The notes below the pieces were generated by a model. The model was not told where the DNA came from. It ran no database searches and worked only from the letters and a program-made list of their open reading frames with translations. This document shows, piece after piece, positions 24,700-33,953 of a stretch of DNA of 38,760 nucleotides (position 1 is the first letter of the stretch; every line of letters starts with the position of its first letter). Position numbers and translations under genes: made by a program. The DNA is from an uncultured Roseivirgaceae bacterium (GTDB lineage: Bacteria; Bacteroidota; Bacteroidia; Cytophagales; Cyclobacteriaceae), in NCBI GenBank assembly GCA_964406435.1, contig CAYORY010000001.1, forward strand, positions 1 through 38,760. Reading direction: 5' to 3'.

Positions 24700-27546
24700 A
24701 TGCGAAAAGTTCTCATTTGCACGGTGTGCATTATTCTGGTTGCTGATAATTTCTTAGAAAAGCCTACCGAAGGTTTTGAGTCAGTAAGGCCAGAATACTC
24801 CATTTCAACAAACGAGAACCCCAACGCACGACATGAATTTGAGCTACGTCAGGTCATCAACCCCAAGACTCGTCAGCTCCCAAAAGAGATTCGCAAGAAA
24901 GAACTCAGATTCAGCCAGTCCCATTTGACTAGAGGCGAGTTTGCTTCCTTAAGGGGGGATGATATAAATGAGGAATCTTGGGAATCCTTGGGGCCATTTA
25001 ATGTTGGCGGCCGCACGCGAGCAGTTGCCATAGATGTTACCGACCCTACGGAAAACACAATTTTGGCGGGAGGTGTTTCCGGGGGTGTATGGAAAACGAC
25101 CGACGGAGGAGCGACTTGGAGAAGAACCTCCGATCCCGAACTTAGGAATAGTGTGACCGCCATTGTACAAGACACGCGTGCCGGTAAGGAGAACATTTGG
25201 TACTACGGAACGGGTGAATTGCTCGGTAACTCCGCAAGAGGAGGTGCGGCTCCTTATCGGGGCGATGGTATTTTCAAATCCATAGACGGAGGCGAAAGCT
25301 GGTTTCAATTAGAGTCTACACAGGATTCAGATCCTTCAGTTTTTGGAAGTCAATTTCAGTACACTTGGAGATTGGTCATTGATCACACCGATCAAGAAAA
25401 TGACGTATTGCTCGCAGCTACTTACGGTGCAATTTTAAAGTCAATTGACGGTGGAAACTCATGGGTGACAGAATTGGGAGTTACGCTCAACAACTTACCT
25501 GATGGTACCGATCTCAACGAGTCCAATGCGCCATTTTACACAGATATAATTCAAACAGAGGCGGGCTATTTCTATGCTTTTTTGAGTGATCAGACCTCTA
25601 TCAATCAGCCGTTCATAGGGTCAGGGGTATTTTTCTCCACTGACGCAGATACATGGCATAGTATATCCGGGCCGACAGGAGTATTTCAAACGGAGAGGGG
25701 AGTATTGGATGCGCTGGGGAATGATCTCTATTTTTTCTTCAACACTCAGGAAGTTGTCACTGAAAATGGTGAGCAAACTTCAGTAGATAGCCCACAACTA
25801 TTCAAGTCTCGGTTGACAAATGTTGATGAGTTTGGAATCCCGACTGGGAGTTGGACTGAATTAACCGACAACCTCCCGGAATTCGAAGAGCTGGGTGAGT
25901 TCAATGTGCAGGGAGGGTACAATATGATGGTGAAAATAATGCCTACAAATCCCAATGTTGTCCTGCTGGGTGCTACCAACCTCTACCGCTCCACAAATGG
26001 CTTTAGCTCAGGCAATAACACCGAATGGGTAGGAGGATATAACCCAGATGAAGAAGGAGGTAATTTGTATCCCAATCATCATCCCGATCAACACGATATT
26101 ATTTTTTTTGAGGGAAATGCCAATAAAGTCCTTTCTGCTAACGATGGAGGCCTGCAAATTTCTAACAACATTCTGGCGAGTGATGTGCAATGGATTTCTT
26201 TGAATAGAGGCTTTATTACCAGCCAGTTCTACACCATCGATATTCCCAAGTCGAACGATTCAAACATTGTAACAGGAGGGTTACAGGACAATGGAACACA
26301 TCTCACACAGAGCACAGGCTCAGATGCCACATGGAATTTGATTCTGGGTGGTGATGGCTCGTTCTCTGCAAGCGTTCCCTTCAATCTGCATTGGTACTTC
26401 TCTTTTCAGAATAGCCAGATATACCGAATCACCTTTGGCGAGGAATCGTCCACTTTCGCCCGAGTGGATCCTACGGGGGGCGCTCAAGGATCTGATTATT
26501 TGTTCATCAATCCGTATGTGCTCGACCCCATCAATGCCAACATCATGTACCTGGCTGGCGGCAATGCCATTTGGAAAAACAAGAATCTGTCTCAGATCAA
26601 AGATGGGTCACAGGAAACGACAAGTTTGAATTGGGAGATAATTGAAGAGTCCTTAATCCCTCAACCAGAGGAGCAAGGAGTCAGGAGACTTATTACTGCT
26701 TTGGAAGTAAGTCGTAACTCTGAGTATCTCTATTTTGGCACATCGGATAATCTTATTTACCGATTGAACGATCCATCTAAGAGAAACCCTTCTGAGGTTA
26801 TTGATTTGAGCAGTGAGGATTTACCGGGAGGTTACGTTTCTTGTATCGCATCTAACCCGGAGAATGACGATGAAGTCATCACGGTTTTTTCCAACTATGG
26901 AATCCCTTCTCTTTTCCATTCGACAAACGCAGGTTCTTCATGGACAAGCATAGGCGGCAATCTAGAAGAATTTGCAGACGGTACCGGAAATGGCCCAAGT
27001 ATCAGATGGGCAGAAATAGTACCTCTCGTGAATGGAACGCGCTATTTCGTGGGGACAAGTGTCGGCCTTTATAGCACAGACGAACTAGACGGTGATGCCA
27101 CTGTTTGGGTGAAAGAAAGCCCAGAAGCCATTGGCAAGAGCGTAATCCGCATGATGGACTACCGTCCTTTGGATGGACGTTTGGTGGTAGCGACACATGG
27201 CAATGGCGTTTTTACGACCAATGTTCAAGGCTTCAAGCAATTGTCCCCGATTTCGCCCAATGCCCCTGAAAAGCTGAACGTGACCAATGCTTTTCCTAAC
27301 CCATTTTCTGAATCGATTGAAATCGAAATCGAAATTCCGGAGACAAACTATGTAAGGATCGACATCTACGATACCGGAGGGAATTTTGTGAAAAACCTGT
27401 TTTACAACGTCCAGTTTAGCGGCAATAATGTGGTATCGTGGGACGGCTCCAACCAAAAGGGGTACAAGGTGCCACCAGGAATGTACTTCTATCGGCTGTA
27501 CTACGGCGGTAAAGTGGAATCGGGGCGAGTGGTCTATACGCCTTAA
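24700..27546 (+). CDS. large BNR/Asp-box (sortilin-VPS10 / xyloglucanase-like) beta-propeller protein with a T9SS C-terminal sorting domain
   Basis: 948 aa. Asp-box motifs include TTDGGATW, SIDGGESW, SIDGGNSW and STNAGSSW. The C-terminal tail (NAFPNPFSESIEIEI...IDIYDTGGNFV...GMYFYRLYYGGKV) is Por_Secre_tail-like. Confidence 0.85.
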   Translation: MRKVLICTVCIILVADNFLEKPTEGFESVRPEYSISTNENPNARHEFELRQVINPKTRQLPKEIRKKELRFSQSHLTRGEFASLRGDDINEESWESLGPFNVGGRTRAVAIDVTDPTENTILAGGVSGGVWKTTDGGATWRRTSDPELRNSVTAIVQDTRAGKENIWYYGTGELLGNSARGGAAPYRGDGIFKSIDGGESWFQLESTQDSDPSVFGSQFQYTWRLVIDHTDQENDVLLAATYGAILKSIDGGNSWVTELGVTLNNLPDGTDLNESNAPFYTDIIQTEAGYFYAFLSDQTSINQPFIGSGVFFSTDADTWHSISGPTGVFQTERGVLDALGNDLYFFFNTQEVVTENGEQTSVDSPQLFKSRLTNVDEFGIPTGSWTELTDNLPEFEELGEFNVQGGYNMMVKIMPTNPNVVLLGATNLYRSTNGFSSGNNTEWVGGYNPDEEGGNLYPNHHPDQHDIIFFEGNANKVLSANDGGLQISNNILASDVQWISLNRGFITSQFYTIDIPKSNDSNIVTGGLQDNGTHLTQSTGSDATWNLILGGDGSFSASVPFNLHWYFSFQNSQIYRITFGEESSTFARVDPTGGAQGSDYLFINPYVLDPINANIMYLAGGNAIWKNKNLSQIKDGSQETTSLNWEIIEESLIPQPEEQGVRRLITALEVSRNSEYLYFGTSDNLIYRLNDPSKRNPSEVIDLSSEDLPGGYVSCIASNPENDDEVITVFSNYGIPSLFHSTNAGSSWTSIGGNLEEFADGTGNGPSIRWAEIVPLVNGTRYFVGTSVGLYSTDELDGDATVWVKESPEAIGKSVIRMMDYRPLDGRLVVATHGNGVFTTNVQGFKQLSPISPNAPEKLNVTNAFPNPFSESIEIEIEIPETNYVRIDIYDTGGNFVKNLFYNVQFSGNNVVSWDGSNQKGYKVPPGMYFYRLYYGGKVESGRVVYTP

Positions 27547-27705
27547 CTACTTTATGGTCACAAGCAGGAGGGCATAAGCAAGCACCATCACCCAGAATTC
27601 ATCCACCACGTCCACGAAGGGCAAGAACCCAAAGTACATGGCTACAATGACTAGTGCGAGCAGAACGGAAATCAGGCGAAGCGTACTTCTTAATTTATCG
27701 GACAT
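27547..27705 (-). CDS. possible small membrane protein (52 aa, 2 TM), below the ORF-track cutoff
   Basis: Hand translation gives MSDKLRSTLRLISVLLALVIVAMYFGFLPFVDVVDEFWVMVLAYALLLVTIK*. It fills an otherwise empty 215-nt gap. There is no other support. Confidence 0.35.
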   Translation of the reverse strand: MSDKLRSTLRLISVLLALVIVAMYFGFLPFVDVVDEFWVMVLAYALLLVTIK

Positions 27706-27761
27706 AATAATCGGCTGGTTGGTTCGCAGGTAAAATTAGAAAAAGCAGTCAAATTTGCCGC

Positions 27762-28706
27762 ATGGCAGAAATAGGTCAGGACATCAAAAAGGCTGTGGAG
27801 ATTCTCCGCCGGGGAGACCTGATCGGTATGCCCACAGAAACGGTGTATGGTCTGGCTGGAAACGCCCTTGATGAAAAGGCTGTATTGGAAATTTTCAAAG
27901 TCAAGAACCGTCCGAGGTTTGACCCACTTATACTCCACACAGATACTCTTGAAAAGATCCAACAGTGGATACAAGAAATGCCTGAACAGGCCAGCCGACT
28001 TGCCGAGGTATTCTGGCCCGGCCCTATGACCTTGCTGCTGGACAAGAAAACCTTAATTCCTGACCTAGTCACCTCCGGGTTGCCACGAGTGGCTGTTCGG
28101 ATTCCTGCTTTGGGTATGGCGAGAGAGTTACTCTCCAAGCTAGACTTTCCGCTTGCTGCACCCAGCGCGAATCCGTTTGGATTTGTTTCTCCTACTTCCG
28201 CTCAGCATGTTCAGGATCAGCTTGGACCTCAAATTCCCTATATTCTAGACGGAGGAACTTGTAAGGTCGGCCTGGAGTCAACTGTCATCGGATTCGAGGG
28301 GAATGACGTGATTATTCACCGATTAGGCGGACTGCAAGTGGAGCAAATAGAGGAGGTCATAGGCGAAAAGGTAAAGGTTCAGCTAAACCAAAGCTCCAAT
28401 CCGTCAGCGCCGGGGATGCTCAAGTCCCATTATTCACCGGGGAAACCTGTAATTATTGGGGATATTCATGAGGAGCTTTCAAAAAATGAAAACGCTGGTG
28501 TGATTTCGTTCAATCAGGACTTTGGGATCAAGCACCAGGTCATTCTTTCCCCGGATGGGGACTTGTCTGAGGCAGCTGCCGGATTGTTTGCGGCACTTAG
28601 AAAAATGAAGGAATCGGAAGTATCATTGATTTTGACTCAAAAATTTCCCGATATAGGACTAGGCCGTGCAATAAATGATCGATTGCAACGAGCTGCCGCC
28701 AAATGA
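27762..28706 (+). CDS. tsaC: L-threonylcarbamoyladenylate synthase (Sua5/YwlC long form: YrdC domain + Sua5 C-terminal domain)
   Basis: The YrdC-type motifs are LRRGDLIGMPTETVYGLAGNA, KNRPRFDPLILH, AVRIP and APSANPFG. The SHYSP motif lies in the C-terminal domain. 314 aa. Confidence 0.88.
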   Translation: MAEIGQDIKKAVEILRRGDLIGMPTETVYGLAGNALDEKAVLEIFKVKNRPRFDPLILHTDTLEKIQQWIQEMPEQASRLAEVFWPGPMTLLLDKKTLIPDLVTSGLPRVAVRIPALGMARELLSKLDFPLAAPSANPFGFVSPTSAQHVQDQLGPQIPYILDGGTCKVGLESTVIGFEGNDVIIHRLGGLQVEQIEEVIGEKVKVQLNQSSNPSAPGMLKSHYSPGKPVIIGDIHEELSKNENAGVISFNQDFGIKHQVILSPDGDLSEAAAGLFAALRKMKESEVSLILTQKFPDIGLGRAINDRLQRAAAK

Positions 28707-28758
28707 TTTGCTTTTATCCACGGATCGCTTTTGATTCGCTTAAAATTTAAAAACTCCC

Positions 28759-30196
28759 ATGAAGACTATTGACGATTTTTCCTTTGCCGACAAGAAAGCC
28801 CTCATCCGCGTTGACTTCAACGTGCCTCTCAACGAGAACTTTGAAGTGACTGATCAAACGAGATTGAAAGCCGCAGTTCCAACTATTCTTAAAATCTTGG
28901 CTGATGGAGGAAATCCAATCTTAATGAGCCATTTGGGCCGACCAAAAGGCGGTCCTGAGGATCGATATTCATTGAGACACGTCATTCCTGCGTTGAGCGA
29001 TTTGCTGGCAACCAATGTGAAATTTGCCAATGACTGTGTGGGCGATGTGGCGGTGGAGATGGCTGCCGGATTAGAAGAAGGAGATGTGTTGCTTTTGGAG
29101 AATGTTCGATTCTATAGTGAAGAGGAAAAAGGGGACGAAGGATTTGCTAAAAAGCTTGCCAGGCTTGGAGACATCTACGTGAATGACGCATTCGGAACGG
29201 CGCACCGTGCACACGCTTCCACGACTATCGTAGCAAAGCATTTCACTGACAAATGCTGCGGCTATGTGATGAGAAATGAGCTTGAGAATGCAAAGAAAGT
29301 GCTCGGTGGAGCTGGCTGCCGGATTAGAAGAAGGAGATGTGTTGCTTTTGGAGAATGTTCGATTCTATAGTGAAGAGGAAAAAGGGGACGAAGGATTTGC
29401 TAAAAAGCTTGCCAGGCTTGGAGACATCTACGTGAATGACGCATTCGGAACGGCGCACCGTGCACACGCTTCCACGACTATCGTAGCAAAGCATTTCACT
29501 GACAAATGCTGCGGCTATGTGATGAGAAATGAGCTTGAGAATGCAAAGAAAGTGCTCGGTGGAGCAGAGAAGCCTTTCACGGCAATAATGGGTGGTGCTA
29601 AGATTTCTGACAAGATTTTGATCATCGAGAAGTTGCTCGATAACGTGGACAACCTGATCATTGGAGGAGGAATGTCCTACACGTTTTCTAAGGCCAAAGG
29701 AGGCCAAATCGGCGATTCCCTTTTGGAAGCGGACAAGATGGAATTGACCAAAGAAATTGAGAAGAAAGCGGCTGAAAAAGGCGTGAAATTGTTCTTGCCT
29801 GTGGACACTGTAATTGCTGATGATTTCAACAAAGACGCTAAAACAGATACCGTAAAAGCAGGTGAAATTCCTGATAACTGGCAGGGTCTGGACATTGGTC
29901 CTGAGACGGTGAAACTTTTCGCTTCAGTGATCGAAGGTTCTAAAACTATTCTTTGGAATGGCCCGATGGGTGTATTCGAATTCCCTGCATTTGCCAAGGG
30001 AACGGATGCCATCGCTGAGTCCGTTGTGAAAGCAACCAAGGCAGGTGGATTCTCCCTTATCGGAGGAGGTGATTCCGCCTCTGCGATCAATAACCTCGGC
30101 TATGGCGATGACGTGAGCTACGTTTCCACCGGAGGAGGTGCTTTGCTTGAGTACATGGAGGGCAAGGTGCTGCCAGGAGTTGCGGCGCTAGACTAA
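28759..30196 (+). pseudogene. pgk: phosphoglycerate kinase interrupted by a perfect 253-bp internal tandem duplication (frameshift), or an assembly artefact
   Basis: ORFs 28759..29370 and 29276..30196 are both PGK. The first reads RVDFNVPL...MSHLGRPKG...[14 protein letters not shown]. The second reads GGAKISDKI...GGGMSYTF...WNGPMGVFE...GGGDS. Removing one 253-bp copy restores a single 394-aa ORF. Confidence 0.9.
29060..29565 (+). repeat. Perfect direct tandem duplication, 2 x 253 bp (29060-29312 and 29313-29565)
   Basis: The two copies appear identical base for base when read side by side. GGTGGAG lies just 5' of copy 1 (29052-29058) and near the end of each copy (29305-29311, 29558-29564). 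Confidence 0.95.
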
Positions 30197-30202
30197 TCGA
30201 CC

Positions 30203-30919
30203 ATGGTGCGATCCTGCCTTTGGTTCGTCATCGCTCTCGTTTTTCTTGCTTCGTGCAAGGTGAGTTCGGTCGCTCCGACCACCACCAGTCGAAAGGAAAT
30301 TTCCCTTTGGGCTACCTACTATTATGTGCCGACTTTGGCGCATGATGAAGAGGGCATGCCTCTATTGGATATGGAGGAGCAGGAGCTGCCTTTGCGACTA
30401 CAAAAGCCCGATTGGTGCAATGCGGCCATTCAGGGTTCGGTGTATATTGTGAAGAATGATACGGTGTTTCTGGCGAGCTATGCAGGACGATCCAAATACA
30501 AACAATTCGATTGCAGGGAATGTGACCGCTATCTCAACTATCCAGGCTATGACCTGACGGGAAAGGTACGCTGGACCATCTCCAATGGAAAAGTGACTGG
30601 AAGTACTGGACTAAATTTAGTGCCACTAAAATCTCTTGCCGTAGACCCAAAAGTGATTCCTTACAAAAGCGTGGTTTTCATCCCTGCGGCAATCGGTACG
30701 ACCTATTTTAATGAAGAAGGTGTACTTGTTCAGCATGATGGCTATTTCCTTGCTGCTGACACAGGTAGCCTGATCAAAGGTCAACACATAGATGTGTACT
30801 TAGGAACTGGAAAAACCAATCCGTTTGCGTTTGTGAAGTCAGACCAGAGTCAGCCTTTTCAGGCGTTTGTAGTTAAGGATGAAGTGGTGCGGGAGAGGCT
30901 GCTGGAGATGCATAGGTAG
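30203..30919 (+). CDS. lipoprotein with a 3D (MltA-like) domain
   Basis: The signal/lipobox-like N-terminus is FLASC. The C-terminal AVDPKVIPYKSVVFIP...AADTGSLIKGQHIDVYLGTG matches the 3D-domain Asp pattern of MltA/RlpA-like proteins. Confidence 0.6.
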   Translation: MVRSCLWFVIALVFLASCKVSSVAPTTTSRKEISLWATYYYVPTLAHDEEGMPLLDMEEQELPLRLQKPDWCNAAIQGSVYIVKNDTVFLASYAGRSKYKQFDCRECDRYLNYPGYDLTGKVRWTISNGKVTGSTGLNLVPLKSLAVDPKVIPYKSVVFIPAAIGTTYFNEEGVLVQHDGYFLAADTGSLIKGQHIDVYLGTGKTNPFAFVKSDQSQPFQAFVVKDEVVRERLLEMHR

Positions 30920-31106
30920 ATTGCCGGACTTGTTCCGGCATCTCATAAAGATGAACGAAGATTCTTCACTTCGCTCAGAATGACGTGATGGAATAAATGA
31001 TGAACTCCACTGCTCATTCGTCACTCTGAGCCTGCCTGCGGCAGGCAGGTGCAACGAAGAGTCTCGGATGTTTGCCTGAAGCTGATGGTAGCAAAGATTC
31101 CTACGG
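30920..31106. repeat. Cluster of REP-like short palindromic elements
   Basis: A hairpin, GCCGGA-cttgt-TCCGGC, lies within 30920-30948. A 19-nt palindrome, CCTGCCTGC-G-GCAGGCAGG, lies at 31031-31049. GATTCCTACGG lies at 31096-31106. Each module recurs in the 37163-37336 cluster. Confidence 0.7.
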
Positions 31107-31116
31107 ATTGTCCTAC

Positions 31117-31851
31117 TTAGTCCAAAAACTTATTAATGAACCTATCAATTTGTTCATACGTCAAAAGTTTATTCAATGGTTCTGGGTACCATTCGGTGCA
31201 TCCGTAGCAGGAATAGGTTACCAAAGTGCTTGTCTGCACTTTCTCCATTTTGTATTCAATTTCTTCACTTAATACGTTACCTCTAGCCTTTAACAATGAT
31301 AATCCCAAATAGGCATATGCTTGACGAACTGGATTAATACTATTCAACCAGCTAACAAGCTCTTTTATATTGCTACCATTCACTAAATCTACCATTGCCT
31401 GCCCTTCTCTCGGAAGACTCCCTGCTGGACCACAAGCATACCCAAAAGTGCTTCGATAGGGGAGTCGAATTAAATGATCCTGAATAAAAAAAATGTCTTT
31501 TGATCCATCATGCCAAGTGGCATCTAAAATTTCATGCTCAAACCCATCGAAATCCTTATCAAAATCCCAACTATAACTCTCAGAGTAAATGACTTCATTG
31601 CCATTTGAAAGTATCAATAATCCAATCATTTCGGCCCTCTTTCTTCTCACAAGTCGATAATTGGTCTGTACGATTTCCGAATTCAGCAAATCCCAATGTT
31701 CTTTTTTGAATTTGTATTTCCCTTTGTAATTCTCAATTTCATCCAATGTTTTGGCTTGAAGAGCTTGCTGAATTGCAAGGTCAATTTCAGATTGGCCAGA
31801 TGAAGGAAAAGTGAAAATCGCTAGAATCACGATTATACAGAGATGTTTCAT
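31117..31851 (-). CDS. hypothetical secreted protein
   Basis: 244-aa ORF with signal peptide MKHLCIIVILAIFTFPSSGQ. No motif recognised. Confidence 0.55.
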   Translation of the reverse strand: MKHLCIIVILAIFTFPSSGQSEIDLAIQQALQAKTLDEIENYKGKYKFKKEHWDLLNSEIVQTNYRLVRRKRAEMIGLLILSNGNEVIYSESYSWDFDKDFDGFEHEILDATWHDGSKDIFFIQDHLIRLPYRSTFGYACGPAGSLPREGQAMVDLVNGSNIKELVSWLNSINPVRQAYAYLGLSLLKARGNVLSEEIEYKMEKVQTSTLVTYSCYGCTEWYPEPLNKLLTYEQIDRFINKFLD

Positions 31852-31872
31852 ATGAACAAGATATTAATTATC

Positions 31873-32436
31873 TCATTTATTCAATCCCTCATAAATCCTC
31901 AGCGCCACCCACGCATCGGTGGCGGCATAGATTTTTTGTGGTTCGGTGAGGGTTTCGTTTTCCCAGTTGGAGGTCTGCTGGGATTTGGAGAGGCGGCCAT
32001 TCAGGAAATAGGCCGTAAGGTTGCGCAACCCGAAGTAGGGGATGTCTTGTTCTTTCGCCAGTCTGGCCAAATCCAGGAATCCGGCAGGAGTGAAGGGGTG
32101 CATCCGCTTCAGTTCCAACAGGTCGTCCCGCACTGCCACGCCAAGCTTAGTGATATGGCCATTGCCAAGGAGGTCTCTCAGCGCAGGATGAAAACCAATA
32201 GCCGGCAATTGAAAAATGAAGGCTGCTTCGTCAGTCGCCAGTTGAATAAGTGCAGGGTGGTTGTACTCTCCTTTTTTGAAGGTGGGTTTCTTCTCAGTGT
32301 CGAAACCAAGAACGGTGAACTTTTCCAAATAGGAGATGGCTTTCTCTAAGCTCTTCTCATCGTTTACCACATGAATGGGCCCTTCATATTGAATGAGCGG
32401 AAGCTCCCGAATGCTCTCCTTGGTTAGCTCTTTCAA
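31873..32436 (-). CDS. 3'-5' exonuclease (DEDD / RNase D-like domain)
   Basis: VLGFDTEKKP is the ExoI DxE motif. ALIQLATDEAAFIFQL and YAATDAWVALRIY (ExoIII) are also present. The ORF-track start (32580) lies deep inside nhaC. I propose the TTG at 32436-32434, which overlaps the nhaC stop (TTGA) and gives MKELTKESIRELPLIQYEG. Confidence 0.75.
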   Translation of the reverse strand: MKELTKESIRELPLIQYEGPIHVVNDEKSLEKAISYLEKFTVLGFDTEKKPTFKKGEYNHPALIQLATDEAAFIFQLPAIGFHPALRDLLGNGHITKLGVAVRDDLLELKRMHPFTPAGFLDLARLAKEQDIPYFGLRNLTAYFLNGRLSKSQQTSNWENETLTEPQKIYAATDAWVALRIYEGLNK

Positions 32437-33920
32437 TCTTTCAGCTTTTTTATTTTGAAGCCTACATACGCCACCAACACAGTCATTATTGGGCTCACTA
32501 AATTGAAAATGCAGTAAGGCAGGTAGGTCAATGTAGCCACGCCTAAGACACTTGAATGATAAGCCCCGCAAGTGTTCCATGGCACAAGCACGGAGGTTAC
32601 GGTTCCTGAATCTTCCAGCGTCCGACTCAGGTTCTCAGGCGCAAGACCTTTTTCTTTATAAATATCCGCAAACATTCTGCCTGGCACCACAATCGCCAAG
32701 TACTGATCAGATGCGGTGATATTGAAGAAAATGCAACTTCCTGTGGTGGCCGTGATTAGGGAGCCGGTAGAGTTTACCAAACTTATTATGGCTTGAGCGA
32801 TTCTTTTCAGCATTCCTGACTTCTCCATCACGCCACCGAAAATCATCGCCGCTACGATCAACCAAACAGTTTTCAGCATGCCGTACATTCCTCCAGAGCT
32901 GAGCAGACCATTTTCATCCAAACTCGCAATTCCAATATCAAAATTGATTGAACCGAAGAGGGCTTGCATCATCCCCATGAAGGAAACGTAGAAACCAGAG
33001 GCATTTTCAATTCCGCCTAGGTTATTAAGAAGGATGCCGTCTCCACCTACCTGACGTCCCACTTCCATTACCAAATCAGGTTGAAAAATAAAGGCAAACA
33101 GAGCCGCAAGTAAAGTCCCGACGAGAAGAGCAGGAAGGGCGTCCACTTTTTTCACAATAAGAACGATGACCACCACGGGCACGATAAATAACCAGCCAGA
33201 AATGTTGAACCGACTATCAATTGCATCCAGAATCAAGGCCTTCTCTTCCAATGATCCGCTCGAGTTTCCTGTGAATCCTACGATCAGGAAGACGATCAAG
33301 GCGATGACAATAGAAGGGCCTGTCGTGATCGTCATGTATCGAATGTGAGTAAACAAATCCGTGCCGGCCATAGCTGGTGCAAGGTTGGTTGTGTCTGAGA
33401 GTGGAGACATTTTATCTCCAAAATAGGCGCCCGACAGAATCGCTCCTGCCACCCAGCCTACGGGAATTCCCAGAGTCGAACCAATTCCAATTAATGCGAT
33501 TCCGACCGTCGCAGCGGTGGTCCATGAACTTCCCGTGGCAATGGATACAATCGAACAAATGACGCAAGCGGCGAATAGAAAAATACCCGGGCTCAGAATT
33601 TGTAAGCCATAGTAGATCATGGCAGGCACTACGCCACTCAGCATCCATGCACCGGCAAGTGAGCCAATAAGAAGCAAAATCAAAATTGATCCCATAGCTG
33701 AGCTGATCGTTTTCACGATTCCTGACTGAAGTTCTGACCATGAGAATCCTAAGCGAAAAGCTACGATTGAGGCTACAGCTCCTGATAAGATCAGTACGAT
33801 TTGGTTGGAGCCATCCAAGGCATACGATCCAAACAATCCCACATTTAAAGAAAGAAGGAGGATCAGAAAGATGACAGGAATAAAAGCTTGAAAAAGCGTA
33901 GGGGTCTTGTGTGACGTCAT
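32433..33920 (-). CDS. nhaC: Na+/H+ antiporter NhaC family
   Basis: 495 aa with about 12 TM helices. Motifs typical of NhaC include GDKMSPLSDTTNLAPA and SGTVTSVLVPWNTCGAY. Confidence 0.85.
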   Translation of the reverse strand: MTSHKTPTLFQAFIPVIFLILLLSLNVGLFGSYALDGSNQIVLILSGAVASIVAFRLGFSWSELQSGIVKTISSAMGSILILLLIGSLAGAWMLSGVVPAMIYYGLQILSPGIFLFAACVICSIVSIATGSSWTTAATVGIALIGIGSTLGIPVGWVAGAILSGAYFGDKMSPLSDTTNLAPAMAGTDLFTHIRYMTITTGPSIVIALIVFLIVGFTGNSSGSLEEKALILDAIDSRFNISGWLFIVPVVVIVLIVKKVDALPALLVGTLLAALFAFIFQPDLVMEVGRQVGGDGILLNNLGGIENASGFYVSFMGMMQALFGSINFDIGIASLDENGLLSSGGMYGMLKTVWLIVAAMIFGGVMEKSGMLKRIAQAIISLVNSTGSLITATTGSCIFFNITASDQYLAIVVPGRMFADIYKEKGLAPENLSRTLEDSGTVTSVLVPWNTCGAYHSSVLGVATLTYLPYCIFNLVSPIMTVLVAYVGFKIKKLKD

Positions 33921-33953
33921 AGGATTAATTCAGATCGTCGAAAATAAGCAAAT

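Noticed and set aside
29276-30196. Independent 306-aa gene starting at ATG 29276
   Set aside because: Its first 12 codons are read out of frame from the end of duplication copy 1. The rest is simply the C-terminal two-thirds of PGK. I treat it as a fragment of a disrupted or misassembled pgk.
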